From Cyanophyceae cyanobacterium (GTDB taxonomy: Bacteria; Cyanobacteriota; Cyanobacteriia; Cyanobacteriales; JBHJGN01): DNA of 64,000 bases. A program made the position numbers and the translations under genes. Location: positions 128,001 through 192,000 of the forward strand of contig JBHJGN010000023.1 in assembly GCA_050331735.1 (NCBI GenBank). Reading direction: 5' to 3'. The notes under the pieces were generated by a model, which saw nothing but the letters and a program-made list of their open reading frames with translations, searched no databases and had not been told where the DNA came from. Shown piece by piece: positions 20,895 to 30,264 of this stretch. The first letter of the stretch is position 1. Every line of letters begins with the position of its first letter.

Positions 20895-22010
20895 CTATAC
20901 GGCTACTTGGGCCTCCTGGTAGGGAGGAAAGTCTGTATATCCTTCTGCCTCAAAGGAATACCAAATTTCCTGTTCCGCATCGGGGTTTAGTTCCCAATTG
21001 TTGGCAAAACGAGCTACCAGATCGGGGTTACTAATAAAGGGTCTGCCAAAGGCAATCAGATCCGCATCCCCAGCCGCGATCATTTTTTCTGCCGATTGGC
21101 GATCGTATCCACAGTTACCCATTAAAGGACCGTCATAGACTTTCCTAAACTCAGCGAGAGTCATGGGTTCTCCCAGTTCGTGGAAACCAAACGCCAAACC
21201 ATCTAGTAGATGCAGATACGCAAGTCCATAGCTGTTTAACCGTTGGGCAACATCGGTAAAGGTCTCTCGAAAGTCTGGCGACCCCATATCGTTGTAATTG
21301 CCGTTCGGAGACAGTCTCAGTCCTACCCGTCCGGCATCCCACACCGTCAGAATCGACTCGACTACTTCTTGCAGAAACCGAAAGCGATTTTCCAGGCTGC
21401 CGCCATAGCGATCGCTGCGATGATTCGTTTTAGACTGCAAAAATTCATCAATGAGATAGCCGTTAGCACCGTGTATTTCTACTCCATCAAAGCCAGCCTG
21501 TTTTGCATTGGCGGCAGCTTGGCGATAGTCTTCAACAATCTGAGGAATTTCTGCTGTTTCTAAAGCCCGAGGCGTTTCATAAGGCTGTTTTCCGTTGGGA
21601 GTATGGGCTTGTGAGCCTTCAATTTTAAGAGCCGAAGGAGCAACCGGAAGCTGATTGTTGTCCTGAAAGCTGCTGTGCGAGGCTCTGCCCGTATGCCAAA
21701 GCTGCAAAAAAATTGAAGTTCCTTGAGCGTGAACGGCATCGACAACCTGTTTCCACCCTTCTGTTTGCTCAGGCGTATAAACACCCGGAGTCTGCTGCCA
21801 GCCATTCGCCTGGGGAGAAATCGTCGTTGCTTCGGTAATAATGAGGCCCGCACCCGCCCGTTGAGTATAATATTCTGCCATCAAAGCGTTAGGAATCCTG
21901 TCTGCGCCTGCTCGAGAGCGAGTCATCGGAGCCATAACCACGCGATTTTTTAAGGAAATATCCTGAAGGTTGAAAGGGCTGAGGAGGTGGGGAACGTTTG
22001 TTGAAGTCAT
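20895..22010 (-). CDS. Old yellow enzyme family alkene reductase (NemA-like)
   Basis: NRVVMAPMTRSRA, QLWHTGR, EIHGANGYL, FGRPFISNPDL. Confidence 0.93.
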   Translation of the reverse strand: MTSTNVPHLLSPFNLQDISLKNRVVMAPMTRSRAGADRIPNALMAEYYTQRAGAGLIITEATTISPQANGWQQTPGVYTPEQTEGWKQVVDAVHAQGTSIFLQLWHTGRASHSSFQDNNQLPVAPSALKIEGSQAHTPNGKQPYETPRALETAEIPQIVEDYRQAAANAKQAGFDGVEIHGANGYLIDEFLQSKTNHRSDRYGGSLENRFRFLQEVVESILTVWDAGRVGLRLSPNGNYNDMGSPDFRETFTDVAQRLNSYGLAYLHLLDGLAFGFHELGEPMTLAEFRKVYDGPLMGNCGYDRQSAEKMIAAGDADLIAFGRPFISNPDLVARFANNWELNPDAEQEIWYSFEAEGYTDFPPYQEAQVAV

Positions 22011-22180
22011 CTATACGTGTTGATTGGTGATTAGTGATGGTTTGACCACTACACACTGTACTCTACTCATTCAAAATTCGCTGTCAAGTTGGTTGACCAA
22101 GAATAGCAAGAGTCGGCAGCAAAACGCTTCACCAAACTAACTGTCAAATCGTATCAAGCTGAGCGGCTCTACCCAAAACA

Positions 22181-22252
22181 AGCCTCAGACAAGATTTGAA
22201 CTTGCGACCGTCCGCTTACAAGGCGGATGCTCTACCACTGAGCTACTGAGGC
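22181..22252 (-). tRNA. trnT: tRNA-Thr(UGU)
   Basis: Minus strand reads GCCTCAGTAGCTCAGTGGTAGAGCA-TCCGC CT TGT AA GCGGA-CGGTCGCAAGTTCAAATCTTGTCTGAGGCT; cloverleaf. Confidence 0.95.
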
Positions 22253-22423
22253 ATAATAAGCAAGTGCTGCTTTCCTGTCGAGCTACACCAGCACGCAATT
22301 AATAGAATAGCAAATTTTGTCGGGCGTTCGTGCTACCAATGGAGCCACACGATTCACTTGACTAACCAGCACGGAGCTTGAGAGCGTTTTCCTTCTTTGT
22401 GCCCATCGCCTATCAGCTCAACG

Positions 22424-23068
22424 CTAAGCCATGTTGTTTTCCATCGCCCATCGCGCCAGCTCCGTCCGATTATGGAGGCTCGTTTTGTTCAGCATGTTGG
22501 AAACGTGGCTTTCGATAGTGCGCTGGCTCACTCTTAGCCTCTCCGCAATTTCTTTATTGGCCATGCCCTGAGCAACTAATCCAACCACTTTGAGCTCAGT
22601 AGGCGTTAACTCTACATTTTTAGGAACCTGAATTTTGGGACTATCATCTGTAGCCTTGATGTTGTGCCGCATCAGACGATTGGCCTGATTGAGGGAAGAC
22701 TCTACCTGCGCCACCAGTTCCTCTGGCTCAAATGGCTTGACCATGTAGACATCAGCCCCAGTCGTTAATCCTTCAACACGGTCTTGAATTTGCCCCTTGG
22801 CAGAGAGGAACAAAACCGGAATCCAGTCTGTGCGAACATCGTCTCTAATCTGCTTGACAAAAGCATAGCCGTCCATCTCGGGCATCATAATGTCGCAAAT
22901 AATCATATTTGGCACTTGACGCTCTAAAATTTCTAGAGCTTCTCGACCGTTTTCAGCGGTGATCACCTCGTATCCTCGAAACTCTAAATAGTCTTTAACT
23001 AACAGGATGAGGTTGGGGTCGTCATCGATGAGCAGTAGTTGCTTACTATCCTTAGAATTGTCCTTCAT
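22424..23068 (-). CDS. NarL/LuxR-family response regulator (Rre1/Ycf29-like)
   Basis: LLIDDDPNL, CDIMMPEMDG; LTPTELKVV...GMANKEIA...RTIESHVSN helix-turn-helix. Confidence 0.9.
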   Translation of the reverse strand: MKDNSKDSKQLLLIDDDPNLILLVKDYLEFRGYEVITAENGREALEILERQVPNMIICDIMMPEMDGYAFVKQIRDDVRTDWIPVLFLSAKGQIQDRVEGLTTGADVYMVKPFEPEELVAQVESSLNQANRLMRHNIKATDDSPKIQVPKNVELTPTELKVVGLVAQGMANKEIAERLRVSQRTIESHVSNMLNKTSLHNRTELARWAMENNMA

Positions 23069-23175
23069 CAGTAGCCTTTAAGTCCGAGTGGATTTAATGA
23101 ATGGGTGCTGCTTCTCTAAATTTCCCAGTTTTACAGCAGTTTATATCATGTCTGCTTTAGAAAACTACTAACCTC

Positions 23176-24345
23176 CTACTCCCGAGGAAACTCTCCAGGG
23201 CGCACCACAACGGTTCTTTGTTGCTGATTACGAATCACGACCACATCTAGCGAGGCTCCAATTTCGCTGGCTTCTACCTGTTCTTGAACCTCAACAGCCG
23301 ATTGTGTAGTCTGTCCTCCGACGTCAACAATTACATCTCCAGGCTGCAAGCCCGCTCTTTGGGCCGGGGAGTTTTCCACAACGCGCACAATTAATACGCC
23401 TTCTGCTTGACTCACCTGAAAGTCAAAATCGTCGCTTTGATTGATTTCTTCTTGCACATTGTCGTTGAGGGTTACCATCTGAATCCCGAGATAGGGATGG
23501 TCGGCTTGTCCGGTGGCAAATAGCTGCTCGGCAACTCGCTGAGCCGTTTCTATGGGAATGGCAAAGCCGAGTCCTTGGGCATCAGCGCGAATGGCGGTAT
23601 TGATGCCAACCACCTCGCCTTGGGCATTGAGCAGAGGCCCCCCAGAGTTACCGGGATTAATGGCGGCATCAGTTTGAATAAACCGTACGCGCTTGTCGGG
23701 AACGCCAACCTGAGAGCTAGAGCGGTCGATGGCGCTGATGATGCCTACTGTCACCGTATTATCTAATCCGAGAGGATTGCCAATGGCGATCGCCCATTCG
23801 CCCGGAGTCAGAGATTCTGCATCGCCAAGCGTCACAGTTGGTAAATCGTTCGCCTCAATTTCGATGACGGCGATATCCGTTATCGGGTCCGTCCCCAACA
23901 CCTGACCCTCAAAAATCTGCCCATTCTTGAGAGTCACCTTGACCGTATCGGCTCCTTCCACAACGTGGGCATTGGTAATCAGGCGACCATCGGCGCTCAG
24001 AATAAATCCCGACCCGGTCCCGCTCTCAAAACGCTCCGGTGGCGGGAGCTGATTGCCAAAAAAGCGGCGGAAAAACGGCTGCGTAAAATCTGGTTGACTG
24101 GCAATGGTTCGAGAAGAGTCGATGCGGACAACGGCGGGACCCACTTTTTGAACGGCGGCGGCAATAAAATTCAATCGCTCTGGGGAAGCAATCGATGGCA
24201 AGGCCGGACGGGCTGAGACGAGAGGTTCGCTGGTTGGCTGGCTCAAGTAGCGAGCGCCAACGATTCCGGCTCCGCTTCCGACTGCTAATAGACCAAGATA
24301 GACACCCAGCTGTTTCAAAGATACACTCATAGATTTGGGTTCCAA
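23176..24345 (-). CDS. HtrA/Deg serine protease with PDZ domain (HhoA/HhoB-like)
   Basis: GSGFI, TNAHVV, TDAAINPGNSGGPL; N-terminal transmembrane segment; PDZ SPAQRAGL. Confidence 0.95.
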   Translation of the reverse strand: MEPKSMSVSLKQLGVYLGLLAVGSGAGIVGARYLSQPTSEPLVSARPALPSIASPERLNFIAAAVQKVGPAVVRIDSSRTIASQPDFTQPFFRRFFGNQLPPPERFESGTGSGFILSADGRLITNAHVVEGADTVKVTLKNGQIFEGQVLGTDPITDIAVIEIEANDLPTVTLGDAESLTPGEWAIAIGNPLGLDNTVTVGIISAIDRSSSQVGVPDKRVRFIQTDAAINPGNSGGPLLNAQGEVVGINTAIRADAQGLGFAIPIETAQRVAEQLFATGQADHPYLGIQMVTLNDNVQEEINQSDDFDFQVSQAEGVLIVRVVENSPAQRAGLQPGDVIVDVGGQTTQSAVEVQEQVEASEIGASLDVVVIRNQQQRTVVVRPGEFPRE

Positions 24346-24383
24346 TTAATGATGCCCTAACTGGACACAACACACTAAAAATT

Positions 24384-25628
24384 ATGACATTCGTTGAGGG
24401 AGCATCACAAACCCAAAGACCAATCGCCGTCGATCTCTTTGCAGGGGCTGGCGGCATGTCCCTCGGCTTTGAACAGGCCGGATTTGACGTTTTAGCCGCT
24501 GTCGAAGTCGATCCGGTTCACTGTGCTACTTACGAGTTTAACTTTCCGATTGGGTCTGTCATCTGCCGGAGCGTCACCGACGTTACCGGAGCCGACATTC
24601 GAGAGCGCTCGGCCATCGGTAGCCGCGAGATCGATGTCGTCATGGGAGGAGCGCCCTGTCAGGGCTTCTCGATTATCGGGAAGAGAGTGGCTCACGATCC
24701 CCGCAATCATCTCATCTTTGAGTTTGGCCGACTTGTGCTCGAGCTGCGACCGAAATATTTTGTCCTTGAAAACGTTCCCGGTATGGCGTGGAACAAATAC
24801 AGACCCCTCCTGAAGGGTCTGATCGAGACCCTGCGTCAAGACTACCAGATCGCTGACTATCGCATTCTCAATGCAGCTCACTACGGAGTGCCGCAGACGC
24901 GCAAGCGGCTATTTCTCCTCGGCAGTCGCCAGAATCTGCCTCCCGTTGCCTATCCGCCACCGCTAACCACTCCCCCAAGTTCGCCCCCGTTGCCTGAGCT
25001 ACCGCCTAGTCCAACAGTTGCCGATGCTCTGGGGGATTTACCAGAGGTAGAACGCTATCCAGAACTGCTGCACCGAGATTGGGTATTGACTGAGTTTGGT
25101 CCGCCAAGCTGCTATGCTCGTTCGCTGCGTGAGGGGAGCCAAGCTCATCACTATGCCTATCGCCGCGCCTCCGATCCGCAATTGCTCTCCTCTAGCTGGC
25201 TCACCCACCATACGCCTGCTTCTATCCAGCGTTTTCAGGCTACGCCGCCGGGGTGCAAAGAACGTATCAGCCGCTTCTATCGCCTGCATCCCCAAGGCGT
25301 ATGTAATACCCTCAGAGCCGGAACCGATCGGCAGCGAGGCTCTTTCACAGCCCCCAGACCCATCCACCCCGAGCGAGCGCGATGCATCACCGTCCGAGAA
25401 GCGGCGCGGCTGCACTCTTACCCTGACTGGTTTCGGTTCCAGGTCACAAAATGGCATGGGTTTCGTCAGGTGGGAAATTCCGTACCGCCGCTGCTGGCTC
25501 AGGCGATCGCCGCCGAAATCATTCGCTGCCTCGGAGTAATTCCGATTCAACCGGGTCAACGCTACCAACTCGGCGACGAAACCCTACTACAGCTTACCTG
25601 GTCTCAAGCCGCGCGACTGTATCTCTAG
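24384..25628 (+). CDS. Orphan C5 cytosine methyltransferase, probably DmtC-type (CGATCG)
   Basis: DLFAGAGG, GAPCQGFS, ENV, QTRKR, QVGNSVPP; no adjacent endonuclease; resembles recalled cyanobacterial DmtC (specificity is inferred). Confidence 0.85.
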   Translation: MTFVEGASQTQRPIAVDLFAGAGGMSLGFEQAGFDVLAAVEVDPVHCATYEFNFPIGSVICRSVTDVTGADIRERSAIGSREIDVVMGGAPCQGFSIIGKRVAHDPRNHLIFEFGRLVLELRPKYFVLENVPGMAWNKYRPLLKGLIETLRQDYQIADYRILNAAHYGVPQTRKRLFLLGSRQNLPPVAYPPPLTTPPSSPPLPELPPSPTVADALGDLPEVERYPELLHRDWVLTEFGPPSCYARSLREGSQAHHYAYRRASDPQLLSSSWLTHHTPASIQRFQATPPGCKERISRFYRLHPQGVCNTLRAGTDRQRGSFTAPRPIHPERARCITVREAARLHSYPDWFRFQVTKWHGFRQVGNSVPPLLAQAIAAEIIRCLGVIPIQPGQRYQLGDETLLQLTWSQAARLYL

Positions 25629-25787
25629 CAATTAGTTAGACAAAATTGTATAACTGTGTAAACAAATACGTCACTCCACTCGTTTTATGTATACAGTATT
25701 CATTGACGCTCATTTGATGATGTGTTAATCATCCGATGCGAATTTTTAGTCGCGTCATGCAGAAACAGGAACTTAAATTTATTGAGC

Positions 25788-27407
25788 ATGTCTTTCAATC
25801 TCTTTAATTGTCGTCGGCATCAGCTTTGGCAATCTGCGGTGCTTCTCTCTCTTTCAGTAGCCAGCGCTGGCTGCCTCAACACAGATACAGCCGTGAACGA
25901 TGCCGGGGACGGGGAAGCCCCTGGCGGCTCTCTCACCTGGGCTAGGTATGGAGATGTCGATTCTCTCGACCCCCACCGCACTACCACGACTCTTTCCTGG
26001 CAGATTTTCGATCAAATCTACGATACCTTGCTGGCTTTTGACGATGACGGCAACGTACAGCCGAACCTCGCTCAGGAGTGGACCATCAGCGAGGATGGGC
26101 GTGAGGTGACGTTCGTGCTCAACGAAGGCATTACCTGCCACGACGGCACTGAATTTACTGCCGAAGATGTTAAGTATACTGCTGATCGCGCCCTCAGTGA
26201 AGAGAATCCAAGCGTGACGAAAGCAAGCTGGGGCAAGATTCAAGCAGTCGAAGTGGTTGACCCGCAAACGGTGACGTTTAATTTTGAAGAACCCTTTGGA
26301 GCCTTTATTCCCTTCATGGCCGATCCCTTTGCCAGCATGATCTGCGATAGCGCCGCCGAACTAGGCGATCAGTTTGGGGTCAGTGAAGCCGTGGGGACAG
26401 GACCGTTTAAATTGGTAAGCTGGACTAAAGGCGATCGGGTCGTGTTAGAGAAAAACCCTGACTACACCAACTACGGTCGCCCCGTCGAAAATCAGGAGGC
26501 CCCGTATCTCGATCAGCTCATTGTTCGACAAATTCCCGAACCCCAAACCCGGCTAGCGGGACTGGAAACCGGAGAACTCCAGCTTATTGCCGAACCCCCC
26601 CTAGAGCAAATTGAGGAGATTGAAGCCGATCCTAATTTAGAAAACTACGTGGCCACTAAAACCGGTCAAAACGTCTTTTTTGAGTTTACCGTCTCCCGTC
26701 CTCCCTTCGACGATATTCGAGCGCGTCGCGCCGTGGCTCACGCTGTCGATCCTCAAGCAGCCATTGAGATTGCCTTTGGGGATTTGGTCAAGCGCGAAGA
26801 ATGTCCCGTAGCGCGGGGGGTTGTGGGGAACGATCAGGAATTATGCGATCGCTTCGGCTACGAACACGATCCGGAAAAGGCCAAGGAACTGCTCTCAGAA
26901 CTCGGTTACGGTCCCGATAACCCTTTAAATGTCAAGCTACTTACCTGGGTGGGCGGCAATCGGGAAAAAGTCGTGCAGGTGTTTCAAAGTCAGCTTGCTG
27001 AAGTTGGCATCAACGCCGACATCGAAACCATGGACATTGGTACGCTCAACGCGAGAGTCAAGCAGGAAAACGAAAAGGACAGCGGCACTAGCACCTTCGA
27101 CATGATGGGCTGGGCCTGGTACGACCCCGATATTCTTTACTCTTTGTGGCACTCCCCAGGAGCCTACAACGGCTACCACACCCCCGAACTCGATGCCATG
27201 CTAGAACAAACCCGCACCATCGTTGACCCCGAAGAACGCCTCGAAGCCGTTCAGGAAGTTCAGGAGTACTTGTTAGAAAACGCCGTAATGGTTCCCCTCT
27301 ACACTCCCGGCTGGCTATGGGTTTACACCAGCCGCGAAGCGGTGGATGGATTCAAAATCGGCCCCTTCAATCGTCCGCTATTCAACGACGTCAGGCTGGA
27401 CACGTAA
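25788..27407 (+). CDS. ABC transporter substrate-binding lipoprotein, family 5 (Opp/Dpp)
   Basis: Lipobox SAGC after ATG 25788; SLDP, PNLA..W, HDGTEFTAEDV, GTGPF. Confidence 0.92.
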   Translation: MSFNLFNCRRHQLWQSAVLLSLSVASAGCLNTDTAVNDAGDGEAPGGSLTWARYGDVDSLDPHRTTTTLSWQIFDQIYDTLLAFDDDGNVQPNLAQEWTISEDGREVTFVLNEGITCHDGTEFTAEDVKYTADRALSEENPSVTKASWGKIQAVEVVDPQTVTFNFEEPFGAFIPFMADPFASMICDSAAELGDQFGVSEAVGTGPFKLVSWTKGDRVVLEKNPDYTNYGRPVENQEAPYLDQLIVRQIPEPQTRLAGLETGELQLIAEPPLEQIEEIEADPNLENYVATKTGQNVFFEFTVSRPPFDDIRARRAVAHAVDPQAAIEIAFGDLVKREECPVARGVVGNDQELCDRFGYEHDPEKAKELLSELGYGPDNPLNVKLLTWVGGNREKVVQVFQSQLAEVGINADIETMDIGTLNARVKQENEKDSGTSTFDMMGWAWYDPDILYSLWHSPGAYNGYHTPELDAMLEQTRTIVDPEERLEAVQEVQEYLLENAVMVPLYTPGWLWVYTSREAVDGFKIGPFNRPLFNDVRLDT

Positions 27408-27564
27408 AATCGCTTCGCGACTGGGGAAAGGGGAAATAGTTCCTGTCGGAACGGGGAAAGAACACAAAACGGAAAAACAAGCTTGACAACTCCTCCCTTT
27501 TCCCTTACCCTTTCCCCGTTGCAGAGCAACTTCCCCCTTTCCCCTTTCCCGCGCCTGCGGCGCT
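27408..27564. repeat. Modular mini-hairpin/GGGAAA repeat element, copy 2
   Basis: GTTCCtgtcGGAAC, GTTGCagaGCAAC, GCGCCtgcGGCGC with GGGGAAA / TTTCCCC tracts. Confidence 0.8.
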
Positions 27565-27570
27565 TAATTG

Positions 27571-28494
27571 ATGGCTAACTACATCTTCAAGAGAATTTTA
27601 TCGGGGTTACTCACCATTTGGATTACGACTATTGCGGTGACGTTGTTGATCCATCTGGTTCCGGGAGATCCGGTGCAGATTATGTACGCCCAATCTCAGT
27701 CAACGACCCCAGAACAGCTAGAGGAAATTCGCCGCAATTTGGGGTTAGACCGACCCATTTACGAACAGTATTTTATCTGCATGAGTCGGGTGCTGCGCGG
27801 GGACTTTGGCACGACCATTCGCGGCAATCAACCGGTATTAGAGTTACTGTTGATTCGTCTCCCCAATACCTTAACTCTGGCGTTTACGAGCCTCGTCATT
27901 ACGATGGTTGTAGGAGTCTCGCTGGGCTTTTTTGCGGCTTACAAACGCGATACCTGGATAGACACCACTTTAATGACAACTTCAATCATCGGCATTTCGA
28001 TTCCGAACTTTTGGTTGGGGTTGATGTTGATTTATCTCTTTTCGATTCGGCTGGGGTGGTTTCCCGTATCAGGAACCGACTATCAAAACCTAATTCTGCC
28101 TGCCTTCACCCTCGGTATTGCCAACGCCGCCGCCGTATCGAGATTAACGCGATCGTCAATGATTGATGTCTTTTCTCAAGACTATATGCGCACAGCACGG
28201 GCCAAAGGATTGCCGGAGAGGATCGTCCTCTCTCGTCATGCGCTCAGAAACGGTTTGGTGAATGTTGTCAACATGCTCGGACTCCAGTTTGCCTACATGA
28301 TGGGCGGGGCGATTGTCATTGAAAACGTCTTTGCCTGGAACGGATTGGGAAGACTGGCGATTCAGTCGATCTTTCAGCGCGACTATCCGGTAATTCAAGG
28401 GTTTATTCTCATCTTTGCCACCGTGGTTGTCATCGTTTCGATTGTATTGGATCTTCTCTACGCCTTGATCGATCCGCGCATTACTTACAAATGA
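27571..28494 (+). CDS. Peptide ABC transporter permease (DppB/OppB-like)
   Basis: PGDP, LGLDRP, DYMRTARAKGL, RHALRN, RDYPVIQG, DPRI. Confidence 0.93.
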   Translation: MANYIFKRILSGLLTIWITTIAVTLLIHLVPGDPVQIMYAQSQSTTPEQLEEIRRNLGLDRPIYEQYFICMSRVLRGDFGTTIRGNQPVLELLLIRLPNTLTLAFTSLVITMVVGVSLGFFAAYKRDTWIDTTLMTTSIIGISIPNFWLGLMLIYLFSIRLGWFPVSGTDYQNLILPAFTLGIANAAAVSRLTRSSMIDVFSQDYMRTARAKGLPERIVLSRHALRNGLVNVVNMLGLQFAYMMGGAIVIENVFAWNGLGRLAIQSIFQRDYPVIQGFILIFATVVVIVSIVLDLLYALIDPRITYK

Positions 28495-28661
28495 AGTGTC
28501 GTACAGCGTTTGATTAAAGCGGGCACGGTCTAGTTTTTTGTTGATTGTTGATTGTTGATATTCTGACTTCTACGCAATTCCTCTCAGTGAGTAGGGAAAG
28601 AAACAATTGCACTGACGACTGCCGACTCACCTATTTTCTCTGTAAGTTCATCTGGCTACTT

Positions 28662-29552
28662 ATGACTCAAGAACTAGCTGACCGTCATCCTACGTCAATT
28701 CGCCGCAGTTTTCTCGGGGATGCTTGGGAGTTTCTCACACTTCTCTTTCGTTCCCCCAGCGCTAAAATTGGGAGCGGTATTTTCTTCGTGTTAGTGGTTA
28801 CAGCACTGTTTGCTCCGCTCATTGCTCCCTACGATCCCTTTGAATTGGGGGTTGGACAGGGACTCATGCCACCAAACCCGCAACACTGGTTTGGCACTGA
28901 TGAGTTTGGACGAGATTTGTTTAGCCGCATTGTCTACGGTACGCGGCTGACGCTGCAAATCGGCGCGATTGCGGTAGGCATTTCGATGACGGCAGGGGTA
29001 TTAATCGGTTTAGTCGCTGGCTATGCGGGAGGTTGGCTCGAAAACATTTTGATGCGGGCAGTGGATGTCCTGTTTTCGTTTACGGAAATCCTGATTGCCC
29101 TGGCAGCCGTTGCCGTGTTGGGCCCAAGTTTGACTAACGCTATGATTGCTGTGGGCATTAGTTCGATTCCCTTCTATGCCAGAGTGACCTATGGGGCCGT
29201 TCTGGTAGAGAAAAACAAGGAATACTTCAAGGCGGCAAAGGCGTTAGGGGCCAAGCACAGCCGCCTAATTCTCCGTCACCTGCTGCCTAACGTTCTGTCT
29301 CCGATTATTGTGGTAGCCACCGTTGGCGTTTCGACGGCAATTTTGGCGGCTTCTGCCCTGTCTTTCCTCGGTCTAGGCGCACAGCCGCCGTCGCCCGAAT
29401 GGGGAGCAATTTTAGCGGCTGGACGCGACTATTTCCGCACGGCCCCCTGGATGACGGCGTTTCCAGGAGTGGCGATCGCACTGACCGTCCTCAGCTTTAA
29501 TCTGGTCGGGGATAGTTTACGCGAAGCCCTCGATCCGCAACAGCGGCGCTAG
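28662..29552 (+). CDS. Peptide ABC transporter permease (DppC/OppC-like)
   Basis: HWFGTDEFGRDLFSR, RHLLPN, LSFLGLG..PP.PEWG, GDSLREALDP; start taken at MTQE. Confidence 0.93.
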   Translation: MTQELADRHPTSIRRSFLGDAWEFLTLLFRSPSAKIGSGIFFVLVVTALFAPLIAPYDPFELGVGQGLMPPNPQHWFGTDEFGRDLFSRIVYGTRLTLQIGAIAVGISMTAGVLIGLVAGYAGGWLENILMRAVDVLFSFTEILIALAAVAVLGPSLTNAMIAVGISSIPFYARVTYGAVLVEKNKEYFKAAKALGAKHSRLILRHLLPNVLSPIIVVATVGVSTAILAASALSFLGLGAQPPSPEWGAILAAGRDYFRTAPWMTAFPGVAIALTVLSFNLVGDSLREALDPQQRR

Positions 29553-29707
29553 AAATAGAGTGTTGTGCTGGTCCTGTTAAACTGACAGAAGGATGGCTCT
29601 ACTAAACGGCTTTAGCAATTAAGCCTGTTAGGGCTGTTTGAAGTAGAAACCATTTTCCTAAAAAAAGTACTTAGCTTATTAAAACTCAACCTTTTGGATG
29701 TGCCCCC

Positions 29708-30142
29708 ATGAAAGAGCTAAACCGAGAAACAGCCATTGAAGTTCTCAATAAAATTATGGAATTTGAGCTAGCGGGAGTTGTGCGCTATACTCACTATTCA
29801 CTCATGGTTACAGGACCGAATCGAATCCCCATCGTGCAGTTTTTTCAGGAGCAGGCAACCGAGTCTCTCACTCATGCACAGCAGGTTGGAGAAGTGCTGA
29901 CGGGTTTAGAAGGTCATCCAAGTTTACGCATTGCTCCCATTACTGAAAGCAACGAGCACGATCTGCAAACCATCCTATCTGAAAGTCTTAACCACGAAAA
30001 GACATCTTTAGAGCTATACAAAGAACTCCTTGATGTTGTTGAGGATGCTAGCGTTTATTTGGAAGAATTTACGCGAGGGATGATTGGGCAGGAAGAACTA
30101 CACAACATTGAAATTAGAAAAATGCTGCGGGATTTTCTCTAG
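29708..30142 (+). CDS. Ferritin-like (bacterioferritin family) protein
   Basis: EFELAGVVRY, ESLTHA, EELH: ExxH di-iron motifs in a 144-aa helical protein. Confidence 0.85.
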   Translation: MKELNRETAIEVLNKIMEFELAGVVRYTHYSLMVTGPNRIPIVQFFQEQATESLTHAQQVGEVLTGLEGHPSLRIAPITESNEHDLQTILSESLNHEKTSLELYKELLDVVEDASVYLEEFTRGMIGQEELHNIEIRKMLRDFL

Positions 30143-30264
30143 CGAGAAACAATTGTGACAACCGATAAGAACGTTTAGGTACTGCGTTTTGACCTAGCCA
30201 ATTGCTCCTCAGACAGACAAAACTCTGTCCAAAGCATATTTCATAGCATGGGAGTTTGAGTTGC

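Noticed and set aside
24384..25628. Methyltransferase as part of a defence system
   Set aside because: No partner nuclease; it resembles the conserved cyanobacterial orphan DmtC.
25646..25696. NtcA site upstream of the ABC binding protein
   Set aside because: No exact GTA-N8-TAC spacing is present.
28538..28558. (TTGTTGA)3, and similar heptamers at 10757-10840
   Set aside because: Ordinary cyanobacterial STRR-type short repeats.
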